Assembly (NCBI GenBank): GCA_963745025.1 | Contig: CAVUWD010000016.1 | Coordinates: 608,001 to 672,000, forward strand | Direction of reading: 5' to 3' | From: an uncultured delta proteobacterium | Lineage (GTDB): Bacteria > Desulfobacterota > Binatia > JACPRU01 | DNA length: 64,000 bases | Part shown: in pieces, positions 10,250 through 19,836 of the stretch | Layout of the letters: each line of letters opens with the position of its first letter | How positions within the stretch are numbered: position 1 is the first letter of the stretch | Notes under the pieces: model-generated | What the model was told of the DNA's origin: nothing | The model's database searches: none | What the model saw: only the letters and a program-made list of their open reading frames with translations | Position numbers and translations under genes: made by a program

Positions 10250-12673
10250 ATGCCGGGAGGTCACTCGGTGACGAGAAAGCCAGACGCCAACCATGTGCCC
10301 GCCGCGCCGGATGCGGATCAGAGGCTCCTGAATCTCCTCAAGCGGAGCGCTCGCCTCGACGCGGCGCAAGTCGCGGCTATCGAGCAGCGCATGGTAGCGC
10401 AGCACATGCCGGCGATCGATGCGATCGTTGCGAGCGGCGCTTTGTCCGAGAGCGACCTGGCAGAGGCGATCGCGCGGGAGCTCAAGGTACCTCGCCTCGA
10501 CTTGCATGAGGTGTCCCTCGGCGGCGCGGAAGTGGAGCTGATCGAAGAGTCGGTAGCGCAGCGCCTCGGCGTCGTCCCCATCTGTGTCCAGAACGGAGTC
10601 CTCGTGGTCGCAATGGCGAATCCCCTCGACCGCGAAGCGATTCAGACGCTCGAGTTCTCGACGAGCCTGGCAATCCGCGCGGCGGTCGCACCTCGCAGCG
10701 AAATTCGCGACGCGATCGCTCGGCTCTACACCAGGGAGTCGTCGCTCGGTTCGCTGCTCTCCGGAGTGGATCCGACCTCGAAGCTCGAGGTTCTCCGTGT
10801 CGCCGACCGCGACCCCGCGCCCGTAGACGTGCGCGACATCGCACGTCAGGCGGAGCAGCCGCCGATCGTCAAGATCGTCAATCTCATCCTGTTCGAGGCG
10901 TTCAATACCGGCGCCAGCGACATCCACATCGAGCCGGGTCCCCACGTCGTCCTCGTCCGCTATCGGATCGACGGCGTGCTCGAGGAGAACCTGCAGGTTC
11001 CAAAATGGGTGCAGGCGCCAATCGTCGCGCGGGTGAAAGTCCTGGCCAAGCTCGATATCACCGAGCGCCGGCTGCCGCAGGACGGCCACTTCGCGCTCCG
11101 CGTGGGAGACGCCACGGTCGACGTCCGGGTCTCCTCGATGCCGACGATGTACGGCGAGAAGCTCGTGCTGCGCCTCCTCGATCCGTCACGCGGCGTGCGC
11201 AGGCTCGCCGACATCGGCCTGTCCGCGCGAGACCTGGCCATGCTCCGGCGGCTGATCGAGCGGCCCGAAGGCATGATCCTGGTCACCGGTCCGACCGGTA
11301 GCGGCAAGACGACGACTCTCTACGCGATCATCCAGGAGATCGTCTCGCCCGAGATCAACATCGTGACGATCGAGAATCCGATCGAGTACGAGCTCAAGGG
11401 AGTCACACAGATCCCGATCAACGAGAAGCAAGGATTGACGTTCGCAGAGACGCTCCGTTCCGTCCTGCGCCAGGATCCCGACGTGATCTTCGTCGGCGAG
11501 ATCCGTGATCACGAGACGGCGCTGACCGCCTTCCAAGCGGCGCAGACCGGACATCTCGTGCTCTCGACCGTTCATACCAACGATACCGCCGCGACCGTGA
11601 CGCGGCTCCTCGAGCTGGGCATCGACCCGCACACGATCGGTCCTTCGCTGCTCGCAGTCGTGGCGCAGCGCCTGGTTCGGAAGGTGTGCGTGTCCTGCGC
11701 CGAGCCGGTTCCGCCCGCGGAGCAAGCGCGGGAGCTTCTCGGTCTTCCGGCGGGCCATCCGCTCCGCCGCGGGCGAGGTTGCTCCGTCTGCCGCAAGACC
11801 GGTTTTTCGGGCAGGACAGGCTGCTATGAGGTTCTCGAGGTGACGAAGGGAATCGAGCAGCTGATCGAGAAAAAGGCCCCTGAGAACGAGATCCGCACGC
11901 TGGCCGAGGAACAAGGGATGACGTCCGTGCTCGACGACGCGCGCACGAAGGTTCTCGGCGGGCTCACCACCCCGTCGGAGGTCCTCCGCGTCATCGACCT
12001 CGACTCCGCACGGAAGCTCCTCTGTCCGGCATGCCACTCGACCGTCGAGGAAACCTACACGGTTTGTCCAAACTGTCGGAACCAGCTCCATCTCATCTGC
12101 TCGGGGTGTGGCACGATTCTCAAGAAGGGCTGGACGGCTTGCGCCTTCTGCGGCACCGCCGCCGCGACTGTCGGCGCTCCCCATGCACAGCCGCTCGCCG
12201 CGCCCGCCCGCGCCGACGACCATCGCGGCAGCGTCAAGATCCCCCGCGTGCTCGTCGTCGACGATGACCAGGAAGCTCTCGAGTCGGTCCGCCGGGCGCT
12301 CGCCAAGGCGGAGAAGCCGATCGAGATCGAGGTCGCCGAGAGCGGCGAAGAGGCTCTCGCCAAGATTGCGGCCAGCCGGCCGCACCTGATCGTCCTCGAC
12401 CTCTCGATGCCCGGCCTCGGCGGCTACGAGATCTGCCGCCGCGTCCGCGCCGATCTTAAGACCGCGCTGATTCCGATCATCATGATCGCGGGAGCGGCCG
12501 ATGCCGAAGCGGCGCGCCTCGGCTTCCTCGCGGGCACGGACGACTTCATTGGCAAACCGTTCGACGCCAAGGAATTCCTCGCGCGCGTCGGGCGCCTGCT
12601 CGCGCGCACATACGACTGGTCGAGCCGACTGCCGAAAGAGATCGCAAGCGCCGCCGACGACTCCGCCGCATGA
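10250..12673 (+). CDS. GspE/PilB-family secretion ATPase with double zinc ribbon and C-terminal receiver domain (start may be GTG 10268)
   Basis: ASDIHIEP, LDITERRLPQDG, Walker A GPTGSGKT, LRQDPDVIFVGE, HLVLSTVHTN; CPAC/CPNC/CSGC/CAFC; REC motifs VLVVDDD, LDLSMPG, KPF. Confidence 0.9.
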   Translation: MPGGHSVTRKPDANHVPAAPDADQRLLNLLKRSARLDAAQVAAIEQRMVAQHMPAIDAIVASGALSESDLAEAIARELKVPRLDLHEVSLGGAEVELIEESVAQRLGVVPICVQNGVLVVAMANPLDREAIQTLEFSTSLAIRAAVAPRSEIRDAIARLYTRESSLGSLLSGVDPTSKLEVLRVADRDPAPVDVRDIARQAEQPPIVKIVNLILFEAFNTGASDIHIEPGPHVVLVRYRIDGVLEENLQVPKWVQAPIVARVKVLAKLDITERRLPQDGHFALRVGDATVDVRVSSMPTMYGEKLVLRLLDPSRGVRRLADIGLSARDLAMLRRLIERPEGMILVTGPTGSGKTTTLYAIIQEIVSPEINIVTIENPIEYELKGVTQIPINEKQGLTFAETLRSVLRQDPDVIFVGEIRDHETALTAFQAAQTGHLVLSTVHTNDTAATVTRLLELGIDPHTIGPSLLAVVAQRLVRKVCVSCAEPVPPAEQARELLGLPAGHPLRRGRGCSVCRKTGFSGRTGCYEVLEVTKGIEQLIEKKAPENEIRTLAEEQGMTSVLDDARTKVLGGLTTPSEVLRVIDLDSARKLLCPACHSTVEETYTVCPNCRNQLHLICSGCGTILKKGWTACAFCGTAAATVGAPHAQPLAAPARADDHRGSVKIPRVLVVDDDQEALESVRRALAKAEKPIEIEVAESGEEALAKIAASRPHLIVLDLSMPGLGGYEICRRVRADLKTALIPIIMIAGAADAEAARLGFLAGTDDFIGKPFDAKEFLARVGRLLARTYDWSSRLPKEIASAADDSAA

Positions 12674-12719
12674 GCGGTGAAGCCCCGAGCGGCGATCGAC
12701 GGGAGCGCAACCGAGACAA

Positions 12720-12890
12720 TCGCCCGTGGGCTGATCAGCGAAGCCGACCGGACCGTCAGGGGCGCCTCTAGCAGCTGGCGTCGACCATCGCCACGAGCGC
12801 GAGCGAGGGCATGCGGACCTTCGAGCGCTACCGCCATTGGCTCGACACGAACGACCACCGGCACCGCTTCGACGAGAGCTCGTCTCGCCA
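12720..12890 (+). pseudogene. Possible PilT-like ATPase C-terminal remnant
   Basis: Reads ARGLI../RQGRL*QLASTIATSASEGMRTFERYRHWLD, resembling the PilT tail (QL.S.I.T...GM.TF); in-frame stop, no start. Confidence 0.35.
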
Positions 12891-12948
12891 GTCGGGAGGT
12901 GCCGAGGCTGATCGCGAAGCTTTGCCGACCGAGCTGAGCAACTGTCTT

Positions 12949-13209
12949 TTACTGCGCTTGCATTCTCGCGGTCGCTTCCCTGTGCTCGGCGATCTCGAAT
13001 TCGCGGAGTCTGCCCGAAGCGGAAAACCGCGCGGGGTTCATGACCGGCTCGCACCCTCCCGACTCGCCTGCCGCATAGCCCGGGTCACAGTGCCAAAAAC
13101 CATCCCTCCCGTAGTGTGCGTGTGCTACCGCCGGCTGCTCGTTCAACGACTGCGCATAGGCATTCGTGACCAGCAGGAGGACTGTCGCGGAAAGCAAGAC
13201 TATTCTCAT
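12949..13209 (-). CDS. Small exported protein with a Cys pair (WHCDPGY..C)
   Basis: Signal peptide (AYA), AAGGGAG RBS, upstream sigma54-like motif. Confidence 0.65.
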   Translation of the reverse strand: MRIVLLSATVLLLVTNAYAQSLNEQPAVAHAHYGRDGFWHCDPGYAAGESGGCEPVMNPARFSASGRLREFEIAEHREATARMQAQ

Positions 13210-13235
13210 CTGCGTCTCCCTTGTACCCTATAACG

Positions 13236-13251
13236 AGCAATCCCTATGCCG
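13236..13251 (-). promoter_or_regulatory. Candidate sigma54 promoter
   Basis: CGGCATAGGGATTGCT (GG-N10-GC) on the minus strand just upstream of the RBS of 12949..13209. Confidence 0.55.
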
Positions 13252-13721
13252 CTGGCACGGCATCGAAAAATTGCGGAAATATACACATTCTTGTGGAGAC
13301 CGATGGCTTTTACTGACGGACACATTTTGTCAATCGTCACTTCTGTCTCGATGGTGACACGGTTTAACCCGCGGATGATGAGCGGTGCTACCGAACGGGG
13401 TCAGAAAGAGAAGAGGTGCTGCGCTCTCCAAAACGTCGCATGGAACGCCTCGTCGATCGGTCGGGCGAACTCGATCCCTCGTTCGCACACACCTCTCGGT
13501 TCGGCAGCCTCACACCCGGGCGGCGCGTTCGCAAGGACAAATCCCACACGGCTTCTACCATGTGCGGCGGGCGAGGGGCGCCGGGTCCGCAAATCGGAGC
13601 GCTCGCGAGCTTGCGAGGGGACGCAAAAGAGAGGCATGAAGACGATTGCGAGGGAGAGCCGGCCTCGACGACTCAAGCGTGCCGTGGTGAAGGCGCTCGG
13701 CCGATTCAGGAGAAGGCGATC

Positions 13722-14363
13722 ATGAAAATCTACGACTGGCGGCTGGCGCCGAACCCGCGACGGGTTCGCATGTATCTCGCCGAAAAAGGCATCGAGGTCC
13801 CGTACGAGGAGGTGGGTGTACCGCAGGAGCTCCGCCTGAAACCGGACTATCTGGCCAAGTACCCCGAGCACGCGATGGTGCCGATGCTCGAGCTCGACGA
13901 CGGCACGTGCATCGGCGAGGCCATGGCGATCTGCCGCTACTTCGAAGAGCTCCATCCCGACCCGCCGCTCATGGGCACCGACGCAAGGGACAAAGCCATC
14001 GTCGACATGTGGGAGCGGCGAGCGTGCGAAGGCATGCTGTCGATGTCCGAGGCTCTCCGCAACGCAAGCCCTGGCTTCGTCGATCGCTCGCTCCCGGGTT
14101 ATCCCGATCGGCCGCTGAAGCAGATTCCCGGCCTGATCGAGCGCGGCAGAGCCCGCCTCGGTCGTTTCTTCTCGACCTTCGACGGGCAGCTTGCCAAGCA
14201 TCGCTACGTCACGGGCGAGCGCTTCACCGTGGCGGACATCACCGCTCTGTGCCTCGTCGATTTCCTTGGCTTCGCGAAGGTGGAGGTTCCCGAGGAATGC
14301 CGCCATCTCCATCGCTGGCACGGGGAGGTAGTCGATCGCCCGAGCGCGCAAGCGTCGCGCTGA
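13722..14363 (+). CDS. Glutathione S-transferase family protein
   Basis: MKIYD..APNPRRVRMYLAEKG, VPMLELDDG, AICRYFEE, FTVADI. Confidence 0.92.
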   Translation: MKIYDWRLAPNPRRVRMYLAEKGIEVPYEEVGVPQELRLKPDYLAKYPEHAMVPMLELDDGTCIGEAMAICRYFEELHPDPPLMGTDARDKAIVDMWERRACEGMLSMSEALRNASPGFVDRSLPGYPDRPLKQIPGLIERGRARLGRFFSTFDGQLAKHRYVTGERFTVADITALCLVDFLGFAKVEVPEECRHLHRWHGEVVDRPSAQASR

Positions 14364-14474
14364 CGGCCGCGGGAAGAATCACGCGTTTATGCGGACTCAC
14401 GCGGGCTGCGCCGCAACCTCAAGGGGCTCGCGCGCGCAATTGACTCGCATGCGGTTATCGGGTCTGGTCCGGCG

Positions 14475-15101
14475 ATGGCCCGAGCCGACCACGTCCGCGA
14501 TTCGCGCCCGGCTGGCGCGCTCGCCCATTTTCTCGGTCGCGCGTGGCTACGCGCGTTCGGGCGGCGCGTGGAAGGCCACCTGCCGATGACACCGAAGGTT
14601 GTGGTGATCGCCGCGCCGCACACGAGCAACTGGGATCTCCCCTTCATGCTGGCGACAGCCTTCGTGTTGGGCGTGCGGCCTTCGTGGCTCGGCAAACGAG
14701 AGCTCTTCCGCACCCCCTTCCGCCGGCTCATGTGCTGGCTCGGGGGCGTGCCGGTGGATCGCTCGCGGCGCGCGAACCTGGTCGAGCAGGTGGTCGCGCG
14801 CGCCGAGGCGGAGCGGCTGTTCCTCGTCATCCCGCCGTCCGGGACGCGGCGCCGCGTGCCACACTGGAAGTCCGGCTTCTATCACGTCGCGCGCGGCGCC
14901 GGCGTGCCGATCGTCTGCTCGTTCCTCGATTACGGGCGGCGCGTCGCGGGCATCGGCCCGACCGTGGTGGCGACAGGCGACGTCGGCAAGGACATGGACG
15001 TGGTGCGCGCGTTCTACGCGCCGATCGAGGGTCGGTACCCCGAGAATACGACGCCGATCCGGCTGCCCGAGGAGGATGCGCCGGCGGTGGCGCGCGCTTG
15101 A
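14475..15101 (+). CDS. Lysophospholipid (1-acyl-sn-glycerol-3-phosphate) acyltransferase family
   Basis: PHTSNWD (HX4D), GGVPVDR, PSGTR, WKSGFY. Confidence 0.88.
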   Translation: MARADHVRDSRPAGALAHFLGRAWLRAFGRRVEGHLPMTPKVVVIAAPHTSNWDLPFMLATAFVLGVRPSWLGKRELFRTPFRRLMCWLGGVPVDRSRRANLVEQVVARAEAERLFLVIPPSGTRRRVPHWKSGFYHVARGAGVPIVCSFLDYGRRVAGIGPTVVATGDVGKDMDVVRAFYAPIEGRYPENTTPIRLPEEDAPAVARA

Positions 15102-15262
15102 TTCAAGGGACCGCGCTCCTGCCCCCTATTTCCCAGGTGAGCGCGCGGCGCCGTTCGATCTCATCGACTTCCGGTAGCTTCCCGACCCTTGCAGTCGCGA
15201 TCCTTTGTCTGTATTTACGCGTCGGCTGTCGTCGAACTAATGAAGATCTGACGGAGGAAACG

Positions 15263-15694
15263 ATGAGATCGAATCGTCAACGGACCTGGCTGCCCACGCT
15301 CACCATCGTCGGTACCGTCGTCCTCGGCGCGGCGCTGGTCGTCGCCGCAGAGAAGAAGAAGGAGGAATGGAAGGTACCCCCGGCCGAGGCGCAGAAGAAA
15401 AATCCGGTGGCCGTGAGCGACGAGTCTCTCGCCGCGGGCAAGGAGGCCTACAACGGCCAATGCGAAGAGTGTCACGGCGCGAGCGGAAAGAACGACGGCA
15501 AGAAGATTGCCGAGATGAAGAAGGAAGATAAGGACCGGATGACGCTTCTTACGGACCCGTCAGTCGCGAAGCAAACCGACGGCGAGCTCTTCTGGAAGAT
15601 CTCCGAGGGAAAGAAGCCGATGCCCTCGGGCAAGAAGCTCATGGAACCAGACGAGATTTGGAGCGTCGTAAACTACATCCGCACGTTCAAGTAA
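15263..15694 (+). CDS. Exported monoheme cytochrome c
   Basis: Signal peptide, CEECH, TDGELFWKISEG..PMP (Met ligand); GGAGG RBS. Confidence 0.9.
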   Translation: MRSNRQRTWLPTLTIVGTVVLGAALVVAAEKKKEEWKVPPAEAQKKNPVAVSDESLAAGKEAYNGQCEECHGASGKNDGKKIAEMKKEDKDRMTLLTDPSVAKQTDGELFWKISEGKKPMPSGKKLMEPDEIWSVVNYIRTFK

Positions 15695-15707
15695 CGGCGC
15701 GGTCCCG

Positions 15708-15727
15708 AAAAACACGGGGCGCCCGTG
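15708..15727 (-). terminator. Possible intrinsic terminator
   Basis: Minus strand CACGGG-CGC-CCCGTG hairpin followed by TTTTT, between convergent cytochrome genes. Confidence 0.35.
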
Positions 15728-15750
15728 AGCCCGGCCGGCATCGCATCGCG

Positions 15751-15909
15751 ATCATCGTCCTCGAGAAGTCGGACCGGCCGGGCGGAAACGTTCGCACCGA
15801 CTTCATCGGCGGGTACACCTGCGAGCGGGCCCTAGCGACTTTCTCGAAAACGTCCCCGAGACGCTCGAGCTGGCGCGGGCCCGGCGGCTACCCTACGCGT
15901 TTGATCTGA
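15751..15909 (+). pseudogene. HemY/HemG-type (proto/coproporphyrinogen oxidase) N-terminal remnant
   Basis: VLEKSDRPGGNVRTDFIGGYTCER then, after a 1-nt shift, GPSDFLENVPETLELAR; no start, stops early. Confidence 0.6.
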
Positions 15910-16016
15910 TACTCGAAACGACCCCGGGTCGGTGCCGTTGAATGAGCGTAGCGTGCCAAAACGGCACGTGGCCGCGCCGGCGTGCCCGGCATGCGCTCCC
16001 CTCAAGCGGCAATTCG

Positions 16017-17720
16017 CTAGGGCTTGTTCTGGGCACGCTCCGCCGCGCGCCGGCGGTCGAGCTCGCGAATCTTCAGCCAGATGATGACAGCAAGGAGCCC
16101 CATCACACCGATCGAGGCGAGCAACCCTTTGCGGCGGAAGGCCCGCTCGGCGTGGGCCTCGGCGATCAGCTTCTCGGTCTTCTCGACCGCCTCGCGCCCG
16201 GCCGTGGCGGCGACGTCGAAGCCTCCCTTGTCGAAGGTGTGAACCCGGGTACGGGCCTGCATGATCGCCTCGTCCAGCTCACCCGCCGAGTTGAGGATCG
16301 GTTCGGTGTCGAGCCCGCGCTCGGCCAGATGTTCGGCCTCGGCCGGAATCGCCTTCTGAACCTTGGTGAGCTCCACCAGGGTGGAGTGGAAGTAGCGGGC
16401 ACCCTTGTTACACTCCGGGTTGTCCTTGGAGTACTCGTCGTGGCAGGAGCCACACAGCCCGTCCTTGGCATCGGAAATGAGGTCGATGCTCGGCTTCTCG
16501 ATGTCGTGCTTGCCGTGGCACTTCGCGCACTCGGGCCACCCGTGCTTCTCGAACGCCAGCTTGTGCTTGCTGCCGTCGAAGAGCGTGCCGTTCATCACGT
16601 GGCAGGTGCGGCACACCTGGGCGACCGAGCTGATCGCGGGCGGCTGCGAGGCGTGGTTGCCATGGCAGTCATTGCAGGCGGGCGCCGAGAGATCGCCCTT
16701 CTCGAGCAGCGCCTTCCCGTGCACCGACTTCTTGAACTCCTCGAGCTGGTTGGTGGGCAGCGGCGAGCCGTCGTCCCGCTTGTAGCCCGCCATGTACTTG
16801 GCGTCAGCGTGGCAGTGGCCGCAGGTCTGGGGAATCGCCTGCGCGTGGACCGTGGAGTTGCGGCTCTTCGGCCCCCGAATGCCGTGCAATCCGTGGCAGC
16901 TCACGCATTGGGCGGCTTTGCGGTCCTTCTCCTTGAGCAGCAGCTCCCCGTGCCGGCTCTCCTGGTACTTGGCGTACTGGTCGGTCGGCATCGAGGGGTT
17001 GAAGTTCCGCATGAAGGTGGGGTCGGCGTGGCAGTGCGCGCAGAACTGCGGAATCCAGTACGGGCGCATGTTCTTGTCAGGCCAGCCTTTGCTGATCTCG
17101 TCCGTCATCTCGAGATCGGTCGTTTTGCCCCCGTGGCACCCCACGCACATCAGCCCGCGGCGAAAGTGCGCGTCAGAGAGCATCGCCTTGAGGTTGAGGC
17201 GCTCCGGGGTGCCCGCCTTCTTCGGGTCGGGCGAGAAGCGGGTCCTCTTGGCATGTCCCGGGTCGGAGTGGCACAGCACGCAATTGTCCGTAAAGATGAG
17301 GTCGGCGCTCTGCGGTGACAGCTCGAGCGAGAGCAGGACCTTGAGATGGTCCGGGCTCGCGATCCTTTCGTCGGCGGCGGCCTGGCCGATCTTCTCGCGC
17401 GTGTGCAAAGGCAGCTTCTTCAGCAGCGCCCGCTCGGCGGCGCCCAGCACCGGATTGCCGTCCTCGCCCTTCTTCTGGAAGAGCGCCTCGACCGCCTCGG
17501 GCAAAGCGCCGTCATCCTTCGGCGGCGTCTTGGCGGCCTCCGCCTTGGGAGCCTCGACCTCGGCGGCCTTGGCGTGCTCGGGCTCGGCCGCGCTCGCCAC
17601 CGCGAACAGCAGCGCGAAGGCAATCACATTGCCTCTCCACGCTCGAGCCGATTCCCGAGGGCGAGCACACCCACCACCGCCAGGGCGATCGCCCCGGCGA
17701 TGCAGGGCAAAGGCAATCAT
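16017..17720 (-). CDS. Membrane-anchored nonaheme cytochrome c (starts ATG 17720 or GTG 17627)
   Basis: Nine CxxCH motifs (CVLCH, CVGCH, CAHCH, CVSCH, CGHCH, CNDCH, CRTCH, CAKCH, CGSCH), signal peptide, C-terminal TM helix. Confidence 0.92.
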   Translation of the reverse strand: MIAFALHRRGDRPGGGGCARPRESARAWRGNVIAFALLFAVASAAEPEHAKAAEVEAPKAEAAKTPPKDDGALPEAVEALFQKKGEDGNPVLGAAERALLKKLPLHTREKIGQAAADERIASPDHLKVLLSLELSPQSADLIFTDNCVLCHSDPGHAKRTRFSPDPKKAGTPERLNLKAMLSDAHFRRGLMCVGCHGGKTTDLEMTDEISKGWPDKNMRPYWIPQFCAHCHADPTFMRNFNPSMPTDQYAKYQESRHGELLLKEKDRKAAQCVSCHGLHGIRGPKSRNSTVHAQAIPQTCGHCHADAKYMAGYKRDDGSPLPTNQLEEFKKSVHGKALLEKGDLSAPACNDCHGNHASQPPAISSVAQVCRTCHVMNGTLFDGSKHKLAFEKHGWPECAKCHGKHDIEKPSIDLISDAKDGLCGSCHDEYSKDNPECNKGARYFHSTLVELTKVQKAIPAEAEHLAERGLDTEPILNSAGELDEAIMQARTRVHTFDKGGFDVAATAGREAVEKTEKLIAEAHAERAFRRKGLLASIGVMGLLAVIIWLKIRELDRRRAAERAQNKP

Positions 17721-17800
17721 ATTGCCTCTCCACGCTCGAGCCGGTTCCCGAGGGCGAGCACACCCACCACCGCCACCGCCAGGGCAATCGCCCCGGCGAT
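17617..17800. repeat. Imperfect tandem duplication with 93-bp period across the cyt b stop / cyt c start junction
   Basis: aaggcaatca(c/t)attgcctctccacgctcgagccg..ccccggcgat starts at 17617 and 17710; three substitutions and one 6-bp indel. Confidence 0.92.
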
Positions 17801-19099
17801 CAGGTAGTCGAGTCCCGCTAGGCCGTTGAGCACCACCTGCAGCAGCGCGGCCATCGAGAGAATGAACCACCGCCCCTTGTAGGCGATCACGCGCATGATG
17901 GTGATGCTGGCGGAGACCCCGAGAACGATCAGCGAACAGACCCAGGCGGTTGCCTTCGGGTCTGGCTCACCGGCGGGCAGGTGGCCGCCGATGTCCCAGG
18001 CCTTCAGGGTCAGGTACGATAGGAAGATGAGCGCCGCGACCGCCAGGTCGGTGAACATCGGCGACGGTTTGCCGGCCCTCGATTTCCGGTCGAGAAAGGG
18101 CACGAGCGCCCAGGTTCCCATCAGTAGGTTGACCACCATCAGCGCCGCCTGGGGCCCTTCCATGCCGAAGAGGTGCGGCGGAAACTCCTTGAGCAACTGA
18201 TAGATCCACAAGAAGTACCACTCCGGCTTGATCCCCGGGTACGCGGGCGCGAGCGGGTTAGCCTTCTTGCCGAGCTCCCAATCGATCCCGGGCACGCCTG
18301 GCCCGTAAGGCAGCTGGAACACGAGCACCGCCAGCACGATCATGCAGCACAACCAGATCAGCGCGTCGCGCATCATGAAGTCGGGGAAGAACTTCAACCC
18401 CGGCCGGTCGGGCGTCTGCTGCTTCATTGCGGGGGCCATGCCCTGCACCTGAATGAAGGCGAGGTGCACGACGATGATGCCCACGGTCACCAGCGGGAGG
18501 ATGACCACGTGGAGCGCGAAGAAGCGGTAGAGGGTGTTGATGGTGACGTCCGGGCCGCCGCGCAGCACCTCCAGCAGCCACTCTCCCACGAACGGCACGC
18601 TCTTCACCGAGTCGGTACCCACCGAAGTGGCGAAGAAGGCGAGCTCGTTCCACGGCAGCAGGTAGCCGGAGAAGCCGAAGCCGAGCACCACCCCGAACAG
18701 GCTGAAGCCGGTGACCCACGTGAGCTCGCGTGGCTTGCGGTAGGCCTTGAGGAACATGGTGGAGAACATGTGCACCACCAGCGAGAGCGTCATCAGGTGA
18801 GCGCCCCAGCAGTGAATCGAGCGCACCAGCCAGCCGAACGGCACCTTGGTCGTGATGTAACGAATCGACTCGTACGAGGTCGTCTCGCCCGCTTGGTAGT
18901 ACATCAGCAGCAGCGCGCCAGAGACGATCTGCATCGTGAAGAAGAAGAGCGTCGTTCCGCCCAGGTAGTACCAAACCATCGAGTGACCGCCGACCGGCAC
19001 CTCCTTGTGCTTGGCCCAGTCGACGAGCTTCTGAACCCCGAAGCGTTCGTCCAGCCACCCGAACAGGCGCTCGGGCACCGTCGCGTTGGCGGCGCTCAC
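17717..19099 (-). CDS. Cytochrome b of a Rieske/cyt b complex (fused b + subunit IV, extra C-terminal helices)
   Basis: YYLGG, GWLVRSIHCWGAH, YRKPRELTW, GYLLPW, RFFALH, PEWY; GTGA overlap with the Rieske stop. Confidence 0.93.
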   Translation of the reverse strand: MSAANATVPERLFGWLDERFGVQKLVDWAKHKEVPVGGHSMVWYYLGGTTLFFFTMQIVSGALLLMYYQAGETTSYESIRYITTKVPFGWLVRSIHCWGAHLMTLSLVVHMFSTMFLKAYRKPRELTWVTGFSLFGVVLGFGFSGYLLPWNELAFFATSVGTDSVKSVPFVGEWLLEVLRGGPDVTINTLYRFFALHVVILPLVTVGIIVVHLAFIQVQGMAPAMKQQTPDRPGLKFFPDFMMRDALIWLCCMIVLAVLVFQLPYGPGVPGIDWELGKKANPLAPAYPGIKPEWYFLWIYQLLKEFPPHLFGMEGPQAALMVVNLLMGTWALVPFLDRKSRAGKPSPMFTDLAVAALIFLSYLTLKAWDIGGHLPAGEPDPKATAWVCSLIVLGVSASITIMRVIAYKGRWFILSMAALLQVVLNGLAGLDYLIAGAIALAVAVVGVLALGNRLERGEAI

Positions 19100-19551
19100 A
19101 CTGTTTCCCGCGTGATGGTCACCGCGTCGCCCTCTCTTGTCGCGACCCACATGGTGAGCGGCCGCGGCGGCGGACCCGACAACACGCGTCCGTCGAGATC
19201 GTACTTCCCGTTGTGGCAGGCACAGAGGATCAGCGAGTCGCCCGGCACGTACTGGACCGTGCACCCTTCGTGGGTGCACTTGGCGTCGAGCGCGCGCAGT
19301 TCTCCGTTGACGTCGAAGACAATCGCCTTGCGCGTACCCGAGCGGGCGATCACGAAGTGTTCCTTCTCGATCTTCGCAACTTCTTCAGGGGTGAGCTTCA
19401 ACGGGCCGGTCGCGGTCTCCGAGAGCGGCCGCAGGTAGCGCAACACGGGGTAGAGAATGCTGGCTCCCCACCCCACCACGCTCACACCCAGCAAGACGTT
19501 GAGAAAGCCGCGGCGATTCGGAGCGATCAACGGCCCATCAGTGTCAGACAT
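19096..19551 (-). CDS. Rieske [2Fe-2S] protein
   Basis: Tat motif NRRGFL, CTHEGC, CACH, GPPPRPL. Confidence 0.95.
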   Translation of the reverse strand: MSDTDGPLIAPNRRGFLNVLLGVSVVGWGASILYPVLRYLRPLSETATGPLKLTPEEVAKIEKEHFVIARSGTRKAIVFDVNGELRALDAKCTHEGCTVQYVPGDSLILCACHNGKYDLDGRVLSGPPPRPLTMWVATREGDAVTITRETV

Positions 19552-19836
19552 GCCCCCCCCCGATGAGAAAGCTCTTAAGAACTCAAGATGCGACGACGAT
19601 GGCGGAAACGACGAAAACAGAACCGGCAGGCGCGACCCGCAGCACGACGTCAGTTGGCGAGGTCAAGGCGAGCAGACATGGGGAAATGCCGGCGTCCGAG
19701 AATACCCGTTATGCAGCGTTCGGCCGCTTGTGGCGGCTATCCTGATCCTCTCCTCTCGATCCTGGTTTCCAGTTCCTCCGTTTGCGTGCGTCTCTTTGTA
19801 GCATGAGAATCTGATAGCTATAAACGGCGAGGAGAT

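Noticed and set aside
9416-13054. Long minus-strand ORFs (557 aa and 622 aa) and similar antisense ORFs across the window
   Set aside because: Shadows of well-supported genes on the opposite strand in high-GC DNA; no motifs.
13585-13640. c-di-GMP-I riboswitch (GGGACGCAAA, also at about 10032)
   Set aside because: Only the short motif matches; I cannot find the GNRA-capped P2 stem or a convincing P3 at either site.
17721-17870. N-terminal extension of the multiheme ORF with repeated GGGGCARPRE peptides
   Set aside because: Overlaps the cyt b coding region; the peptide repeat comes from the 93-bp DNA duplication.
19552-19836. Small gene between the cNMP protein and the Rieske gene
   Set aside because: The hydrophobic minus-strand frame has no start codon after the preceding stop; other short ORFs lack support.
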